DNA from: an uncultured Candidatus Rokubacteria bacterium
GTDB lineage: Bacteria; Methylomirabilota; Methylomirabilia; Rokubacteriales; CSP1-6
NCBI GenBank assembly: GCA_963789955.1
Contig: CAWBMV010000034.1
Span: 1,184,001 to 1,248,000, forward strand
DNA length: 64,000 nt
Direction: 5' to 3'
Shown: piece after piece, positions 57,786 through 64,000 of the stretch
How the letters are laid out: each line of letters starts with the position of its first letter
Numbering within the stretch: position 1 is the stretch's first letter
The notes under the pieces: model-generated
The model's input: only the letters and a program-made list of their open reading frames with translations
Databases searched by the model: none
What the model was told of the DNA's origin: nothing
Program-made: the position numbers and the translations under genes

Positions 57786-58114
57786 TGCGAGGCCGCCGCC
57801 CCCTGATCCTGCTGCTGTTCGCCGCGTTCTCGGTGCTGGCAAGCGTGGCCGGTGCCAGCACCCGGGACGTGCCGCTGACCGTCGAAGAGCCGGCCGGCGT
57901 GGCGCGCCAGCTCGAGCCGGTGACGTTCGGCGTGCCCCTGCCTCGCTGTCTGACCCGCGACGTGACGCGGCTGCGCCTCTATGGGCCGGAAGGCCACGCC
58001 GTGCCGGCGGCATTCAGCGTCGTGAACCGCTGGCTCGACGACGGCTCGGTATCCCTCTGGTATCTGTCCGAGGACGCGCGCCCGTCGATGGCGCAACCGT
58101 CAGCGACCAGGTAG
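57786..58114 (+). pseudogene. Exported protein with only a YetA/PcRGLX-like N-terminal barrel (probably truncated)
   Basis: Signal peptide; PVTFGVPLP..LRL..GHAVPAAF..RWLDDGSV, then an early stop. Confidence 0.5.
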
Positions 58115-58126
58115 ACTGCCCGCGCC

Positions 58127-59323
58127 ATGACAGAGCCCCGCCGCCCGCTCGAAGGAATCCGAGTGCTCGAGCTCGCCCAGGTCGTCGCCGGTCCGTTCTG
58201 CGGCGCACTGATGGCCGAGTTCGGCGCCGAGGTGATCAAGACCGAGATGCCCGGCCGGGGCGACGACCTCCGGCGCCTCGGCCCGACCGAGGACGGCTGC
58301 ACGTACTGGTTCGCGGTCGACAACCGGAACAAGAAGCTCATGACGCTCGATCTGCATCTGCTGAAGGGGCAGGACATCGTTCGGCGGCTGGTCTCGCACT
58401 GCGACGTGGTCCTCGAGAACTTCCGCCCGGGTGTCCTGGAGCGCTGGGGCCTCGGCTGGGAGTCGCTGCACGCGATCAATCCGCGTCTCGTGATGGCGCG
58501 CATCACCGCGTTCGGCCAGACCGGCCCACTGAACCAGGGCCCGGGCTACGCGGCGATCGGCTCGGCGTTCGGCGGCACGTGGTACGTGAACGGGCCCGCC
58601 GATCGGCCTCCGTCGCGTCCCACGCCCGTGTATCCCGACTACATGACGGGGCTCTTCACCGCGTTCGGCGTGATGGCCGCGCTCCGCCATCGCGACGCCA
58701 CCGGCGAGGGGCAGTGGATCGACGCCGCGCTCTACGAGTCGGCCTTCCGCGTGATGGAATTCACGGCGACTCTCTACGGCCGGCAGGGCGTCGTCCGTGA
58801 GCGCGGTGGTCTGCAGCATGCGGGCTGGCCGGGCGGGGCGTTCGAGACGCAGGACGGCAAGTGGATCGTGTTCACGGCGCCGGCGCAGCATCTGTTCGAG
58901 CGCCTCTGCGCGATGATCGGCGAGCCCGAGCTGCCGCGCGACCCGCGCTTCGCGTCGGCCGCCGCGCGGCCCGCGAACATCCCGGTCATCCTCGATCTGA
59001 TGACGAAGTGGTTCGCGGCGCGCCCGTTCGAGAAGGCGCTGGCCGAGCTCAAGAGCGCCGACATCCCGCACTCGCCGATCATGAGCATGGCCGACATCTT
59101 CGCCGATCCGCACTATCGCGCGCGCCAGATGATCGTCGACGTGCCGGTCGAGGGGCTCGGCGCGCTGCCTCAGCCGGGCGTGGTCCCCAAGCTCTCGCTG
59201 ACCCCGGGACGCGTCACGCACGCGGGTGGAGCGCTCGGGAGCCACACCGACGAGATCCTCTCGCGGCTGCTCGGTATGAGCGGCGACGAGATCGCTCAGC
59301 TGCGCGCCGACCGCGTCGTCTAG
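58127..59323 (+). CDS. CoA-transferase family III (CaiB/BaiF)
   Basis: VAGPFCG..FGAEVIK, NRNKK, ENFRPG, FGQTGP. Confidence 0.92.
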   Translation: MTEPRRPLEGIRVLELAQVVAGPFCGALMAEFGAEVIKTEMPGRGDDLRRLGPTEDGCTYWFAVDNRNKKLMTLDLHLLKGQDIVRRLVSHCDVVLENFRPGVLERWGLGWESLHAINPRLVMARITAFGQTGPLNQGPGYAAIGSAFGGTWYVNGPADRPPSRPTPVYPDYMTGLFTAFGVMAALRHRDATGEGQWIDAALYESAFRVMEFTATLYGRQGVVRERGGLQHAGWPGGAFETQDGKWIVFTAPAQHLFERLCAMIGEPELPRDPRFASAAARPANIPVILDLMTKWFAARPFEKALAELKSADIPHSPIMSMADIFADPHYRARQMIVDVPVEGLGALPQPGVVPKLSLTPGRVTHAGGALGSHTDEILSRLLGMSGDEIAQLRADRVV

Positions 59324-59371
59324 CCTCGCGCCGCGGTCGTCGGCCGTGCCGCGCCACCGGAATCGCCCGAA

Positions 59372-59405
59372 GCCGGGCGGGTGGCACCGGCGCCACCCGC
59401 CCGGC
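59372..59405. terminator. 14-bp GC hairpin between convergent genes
   Basis: GCCGGGCGGGTGGC-N6-GCCACCCGCCCGGC; no clear U-tract. Confidence 0.5.
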
Positions 59406-59590
59406 CCGGGCGAAGTCGGTCCAACAACAATCCGGGTCAGCTCAACCCGATGTCTCCTTCATCGTCCTTTGTGATCGCGATCGTCGGCGATCGTCGGCGA
59501 GCGCGGGCGAGGCCGAATTACGGAATCGAGACGTGTCCTTCGCAATTCGATTGCGAAACTTCTGCGGATCGTACGGCTGCCGGCCGCGAG

Positions 59591-60838
59591 CTATGAGAGG
59601 GCCGGCCGCCGGCGGACGAGCGTAGCGCCCAGCGGCCCGAGCACCAGCGCCGCGCCCACGGTGTTGAGGATCGTGAACCCCCACACGCCCAGGATCATGC
59701 CGCCGGCGGCCGAGCCGCACGCGCCCATCATGCCCATGAACAGATCGGCGAGGCCTTGAGTCGACGCGCGCTCGGCCGGCGAGAGCGCGTCGGTCAGGAG
59801 CGCGCTACCCGCCACGAAGGCGAAGTTCCAGCCGACACCGTTGAGGAACAGCCCTAGGATGATCAGCGTGCGATCGCTGCCCGGCGCCAGCCCCGCGAGC
59901 AGCACGGCGCCGATCAGGACGAGCGCGCCGACGACGATCATCGGAAGCCGGCCCAGGCGGTCGCAGAGCCACCCTGAGAGCGGTGAGGCGATGTACATGC
60001 CGCCCAGGTGAAGCCCCACCGCCACGCCGATCGTCTGCACGCCGTGCCCCTGGTCGTGCAGGTAGACCGGCGAGGTGGAGGTGGTGCTGATCATGACGAA
60101 CTGGCTGATCGTCAGCGTGGCCAGCGCCAGCTGCACGCGGACGTCGGCCAGGATCTCACCGAGGGCTCGCGCCGGCTGCGCCGCGCCGCCGCGCGAGAAG
60201 GCCTCGTCAAGCTGGCGCGCGATTGCCAGCGGATCGGGGCGCAGGAAAAGCTCGACGAGCAGCGCGGCCACCGTGTAGCCCGCGACGCTGATCAGGAACG
60301 CGCTGGCCGACGGCGCGATGCCGAGCGAGCCGGCGAGACGGAGCGCCGGCTCCATCAGGTTCGGCCCCAGGATCGACCCCGCGCTCGAGCCCCAGACGAT
60401 GAGGCCCATCGCCCGGCCGCGCTGAGCGCCCGGGCTCACGTCGGCGGCGGCGTAGCGCGCGAGCAGGTTCGAGGTCTGCGAGATCCCGAACAGCGCCATC
60501 CCCACGAGCAGCAGCGCGAAGCTTCCGACCGTGACGCCGACCATGCCGACGATCGCGCCGAGCACGGCGAGCCCGTAGCCGAGCGCCAGACCCGGGCGGC
60601 GTCCCCGGCGCTCCATGAACCGCGAGAGCGGCCAGCTGGCGAGCGCCGTTCCGAGCGCGCCGACGGCGACCGGCATGCCCGACCACGTGTTCGTGCCGGT
60701 GATGCCCGCGGCCATGATGCCGCCGATCGCCATGCCGATCGAGTGGCCGGTGCTCCCGCAGACCTGCGCGGCGAACAAGGTGATCATCAACCGGCCGCGA
60801 CTCGGCGTCGTACGAGGCGTCGTGGCCAGCGTGCTCAT
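59591..60838 (-). CDS. MFS transporter
   Basis: About 12 TM; MERRGRR, ARYAAADV, CDRLGR, GWNFAFVAGS. Confidence 0.9.
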   Translation of the reverse strand: MSTLATTPRTTPSRGRLMITLFAAQVCGSTGHSIGMAIGGIMAAGITGTNTWSGMPVAVGALGTALASWPLSRFMERRGRRPGLALGYGLAVLGAIVGMVGVTVGSFALLLVGMALFGISQTSNLLARYAAADVSPGAQRGRAMGLIVWGSSAGSILGPNLMEPALRLAGSLGIAPSASAFLISVAGYTVAALLVELFLRPDPLAIARQLDEAFSRGGAAQPARALGEILADVRVQLALATLTISQFVMISTTSTSPVYLHDQGHGVQTIGVAVGLHLGGMYIASPLSGWLCDRLGRLPMIVVGALVLIGAVLLAGLAPGSDRTLIILGLFLNGVGWNFAFVAGSALLTDALSPAERASTQGLADLFMGMMGACGSAAGGMILGVWGFTILNTVGAALVLGPLGATLVRRRPALS

Positions 60839-60967
60839 CGACTCGTCAGTGTAGGGGGGCGATTGGAACCGGTAAACGGCCAATCGATCGAAATCGACGA
60901 AATCATTGGCTCGATATCCGGAACCTCCACGCTTGTCACTTGACGCGGGACGGCCGCGAGGCTACAC

Positions 60968-61363
60968 GTGATCGGGATTCGCATGATGGTGACCTTGGTG
61001 AGCTTCGACATCGACGGGACGCTGGAGGTCGGCGATCCGCCGGGCATCGTGTCCATCGCGCTGGTGCAGACGGCCAGGCACCTGGGCTATCTCATCGGAA
61101 GCTGCTCGGACCGGCCGATCAGCCACCAGCGAAGCCTGTGGGAGCGGCTGCGGATTCCCGTCGACTTCACGGTGCTCAAGCACGAGCTGGCGACCGTCAA
61201 GATGCGCTTCGAGGCCGCGGCGTACTACCACATCGGCGACACCGACGTCGACCACTACTACGCGACCGGCGCGGGCTTCAGATTCCTCAAGGCCGACGCT
61301 TCCGAGCGGCGGCTCTGGCCGGTCGAGCTCTTCGCCGACCCTCCCGGGCGAGCGCACTCGTGA
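60968..61363 (+). CDS. Small HAD-superfamily hydrolase
   Basis: FDIDGTL, SCSDR, K, HIGDTDVD. Confidence 0.85.
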   Translation: MIGIRMMVTLVSFDIDGTLEVGDPPGIVSIALVQTARHLGYLIGSCSDRPISHQRSLWERLRIPVDFTVLKHELATVKMRFEAAAYYHIGDTDVDHYYATGAGFRFLKADASERRLWPVELFADPPGRAHS

Positions 61364-62509
61364 TCGCAACCCCGCCGGCGCGGCAATCCGCGCTCGCGGT
61401 CGCGCTGGCCGGCCTCGTCGCGCTCGCGGTGGCCATCGGCATCGGCCGCTTCGCGTTCACGCCGATCCTGCCGATGATGCAAGAAGACGCGGGCGTCTCG
61501 ATCGCCACGGGCGGCTGGCTCGCGTCGGCGAACTACGTCGGCTACCTGGCGGGCGCGCTCTCGGTGATCTGGTGGCGGATCGGCGCGGCGACGGGCATCC
61601 GCGCCGGACTCGCCGCCATCGGGGTCACGACGCTCGCGATGGGACTGGCGCCGCACCTTGCCGTGTGGCTCGTCCTGCGCGCGCTGGCCGGAGTCGCGAG
61701 CGCCTGGGTGCTCATCTACGTGTCGGCGTGGTGTCTCGAGCGCCTCGCCTCGCTCGGTCGGCCGGCGCTGGGCAACACGGTCTATGCGGGCGTCGGCACC
61801 GGGATCGCGCTGGCCGGCGCACTCTGTCTGGCGCTCATGCGCACCGGCGCCGGCTCGGCGCGCGCCTGGATCGTGCTGGGCGCTCTCTCGCTCGTGCTCA
61901 CGACCGGTATCTGGGCCGTCTTCGGAGTCCGGGCCGAAGCGGCGGCGCCGGGCGAGCGATCGGCCGCGCGCGGGATGGTCTGGGATCGCGAATCGCTGCG
62001 GCTGGTGCTCTGCTACGGCGCGTTCGGCTTCGGCTACATCATCCCGGCGACGTTCTTGCCGGTCATGGCCAAGCAGGTGATCCGCGAGCCGGCGATCTTC
62101 GGCTGGTCCTGGCCGGTCTTCGGCGCGGCGGCGATGAGCTCGACGCTCGCCACCGCCATGCTTCGGAGCTTCATCGACCACCCGCCGTCTCTGGATCGTG
62201 AGCCATCTGGTCATGGCGGTCGGCGTCGCGCTGCCGGTCGTCTGGTCGGGCGTCGTGCCGATCATGCTCGCCGCGCTCTTCGTCGGCGGCACCTTCATGG
62301 TGACCACCATGACCGGCATGCAGGAGGCGCGGAGCGTCGGGGGCGCGCACGCCACGGGCCTGATGGCGGCGTTGACCTCGGCCTTCGCCCTGGGACAGAT
62401 CGCCGGGCCGATCAGCGTGAGCCTCGTCGTCGGCGCCGGCGGGAGCTTCGCGGCGGCCCTCGTCCTGGCCTGCCTGGCGCTCGTCGTCAGCGCCTACGCG
62501 CTGACCTGA
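61360..62509 (+). CDS. YbfB/YjiJ (DUF1228) MFS transporter (frameshift near 62180)
   Basis: GIGRFAFTPILP, LASANYVGYLAG, GFGYIIPATFLP, GQIAGP. Confidence 0.88.
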
Positions 62510-62546
62510 TCCCGCGCTTCGATCGCCGTCGGCGAGCGCCCCGTGC

Positions 62547-62869
62547 TCAGCGCGGGAGCGTCACCCGCGGCGCGCCGGGCACGATCGCCAGGTGGATCGG
62601 GTTCACGCCGGGCACGTGCCCGGCGAGCGCGTGGATCGCGTCCTCGGCCTGCTCGAGCGGGAACGAGAGCGTGTGCATCTTGTCGAACGGATAGTGCCCC
62701 GACTCGATCAGCTCGATCGCGCGGAACGTCTCGTCTCGTAGTCGCTGCCGCAGATACCGCACGCCTCGATGCGCAGCAGCGCGTCGTCGAGCCCGATCGC
62801 GGGCCGCGCGAACTCGCGGGCTTCGAGGGTCCTGGGCTTGACGAGGACGGCCGCCCGTACCGTCGCCAT
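62547..62869 (-). pseudogene. Zn-dependent alcohol dehydrogenase with large internal deletion
   Basis: N-terminus MATVRAAVLVKP...EACGICGSD abuts, out of frame, the C-terminus AIELIESGHYPFDKMHTLSFPLEQA near 62735. Confidence 0.75.
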
Positions 62870-62881
62870 GGTCGAATGCGC

Positions 62882-63265
62882 CTACTTGATGTCCAGGAGC
62901 GCGCTCAGCCCACGATGAAACGTCGGGGCGCCTCCGGGGACCATGCACGTCTCCAGCACCTCGAACAGCTCCTCGCGCGTCGCGCCGAACCGCATCGCGC
63001 GCTCCATGTGCGCGACCAGGGCGGCCTTCTCGGATCCGCGGAACGCCAGGAGCGCGATGGCGATGAACTCGCGCACCTTGGCCGACACGTGCTGGCCGTC
63101 GCCGAGCCCGAGCTCGTAGATCCGGTTGTAGGCCTCGACGAAGTCCGGATCCTGGCGCGCCGCGAACTCCCACTCCGGATAGATGTAGCCGCGCGCCTTC
63201 TTCATGCGCGCGATCAGCGCCTCGGCGCGCTCGGCCCGATCCTTGTCCACCGCGTTCTGGGGCAT
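62882..63265 (-). CDS. Carboxymuconolactone decarboxylase family protein
   Basis: KVREFIAIALLA..HMERAMRFGATREELFE; RBS GGAGGAG. Confidence 0.85.
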   Translation of the reverse strand: MPQNAVDKDRAERAEALIARMKKARGYIYPEWEFAARQDPDFVEAYNRIYELGLGDGQHVSAKVREFIAIALLAFRGSEKAALVAHMERAMRFGATREELFEVLETCMVPGGAPTFHRGLSALLDIK

Positions 63266-63281
63266 CGCTCTCCTCCGGGCG

Positions 63282-64000
63282 CTATCGTACCTTGCCGCGC
63301 GCCGCGACCGGCCAGGTGACCTCGACCACGCCGTTCCGGACGCCGTAGACCTCGTCGACCATGTTGGTGACGACGCAGCAGTGGTTCGGGACGACGTGGA
63401 CGATGTCGCCGACCCTCGGCCGCGCCCCGCACGCGGAGAGAGTCGACGGTGGCGTGCTCTTCCGAGAGGCCCGTCACCGCCGCCTCGGGATATTCCATCA
63501 GGTGTCCGTAGCCCGTCATGAAGTAGAGGTCTGACGTCAGGACCTTCGAGCCGGCGTCGAGGATCGCGCGTGTCGGCGTCGGTCGGCTCACGACGGTGGC
63601 CCGTACGCGCATCGCGCAGTTGTCCCAGGTGGCGGTGCCGGTCGAGACGACCATCGCGTCGTTGTAGACGCACGTGCCGGCGCGATGCTCGGTGAGCATC
63701 GGGAAGTTCTGCGCGGTGAAGAGCGCGGGCGTACCGCCCCCGGAGACCACCGGCACCGGAATCCCCGCCTGCTTGAAGAGTCCCAGCGCACGCTCGAAGA
63801 AATCGCGCGTGTTCGGGTCGCGATTGGGGAAGGTCATGAGCCCTTCGAAGTGCATGCGAGGACGGCGCATGACCGTGCGGGCCAGGTCGAACGCCTCGTC
63901 CGGCGTCTGTACCCCGGTGCGGCCGAACCCCGTGTCGCACTCGACGAGAAATCGCACGTCGGCCCCGGCGTGCGCCGCGGCGTCGGACAGCTCGCGCGCG
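63282..64000 (-). CDS. D-threonine aldolase/D-serine dehydratase family PLP enzyme (partial; frameshift near 63440)
   Basis: VECDTGFGRTG, SGGGTP, EHRAG, LDAGSK, LSEEH, VPNHCC. Confidence 0.88.

Noticed and set aside
60878..60911. GCCAAT...ATTGGC inverted repeat with CGAAATC repeats between the divergent MFS and HAD genes
   Set aside because: Possible operator but single copy, imperfect and with no adjacent regulator; insufficient support
199..63500. Many frameshifted genes as pseudogenes or programmed frameshifts
   Set aside because: Single-base indels are spread throughout, hit housekeeping genes such as pgm, and come without in-frame stops or slippery-site signatures; best explained as long-read consensus errors

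Overview
GC-rich bacterial chromosomal segment. Gene content and style suggest Ca. Rokubacteria/Methylomirabilota (inference). Many genes carry scattered single-base indels typical of an unpolished long-read assembly. The window has four parts. (1) 1-15 kb: catabolic and housekeeping genes (Rieske oxygenase, flavin monooxygenase, TauD/TfdA dioxygenase, TRAP transporter, hydantoinase/oxoprolinase A+B, class III aminotransferase, pgm). (2) About 15.1-39.6 kb: an accessory stress/membrane-remodelling island with two near-identical Crp/Fnr genes plus a remnant, two MlaC-like proteins, an HpnN-like MMPL transporter, cardiolipin synthase, BON, YihY, DedA, AI-2E, a GAF kinase/FixJ pair, a receiver-less sigma54 activator and several micro-proteins. 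It is tied together by a 7-copy non-canonical 5-6-5 palindrome (TGAGC-N6-GACCA/GCTCA) in class II Crp-promoter geometry, four times followed by an apparently leaderless ATG. (3) 44.6-51.0 kb: an uncharacterised envelope-modification locus (LicC/PntC-like cytidylyltransferase, PhnY-like Fe/2OG dioxygenase, a 66-aa YLDPGTGS procoat-like membrane protein, TagF-like phosphotransferase, YejM-like sulfatase-fold protein and a non-canonically located YidC). (4) 51-64 kb: S1-domain protein, aromatic dioxygenase, CoA-transferase, MFS transporters and several truncated gene remnants. No rRNA, tRNA, CRISPR array, integrase or transposase was recognised.
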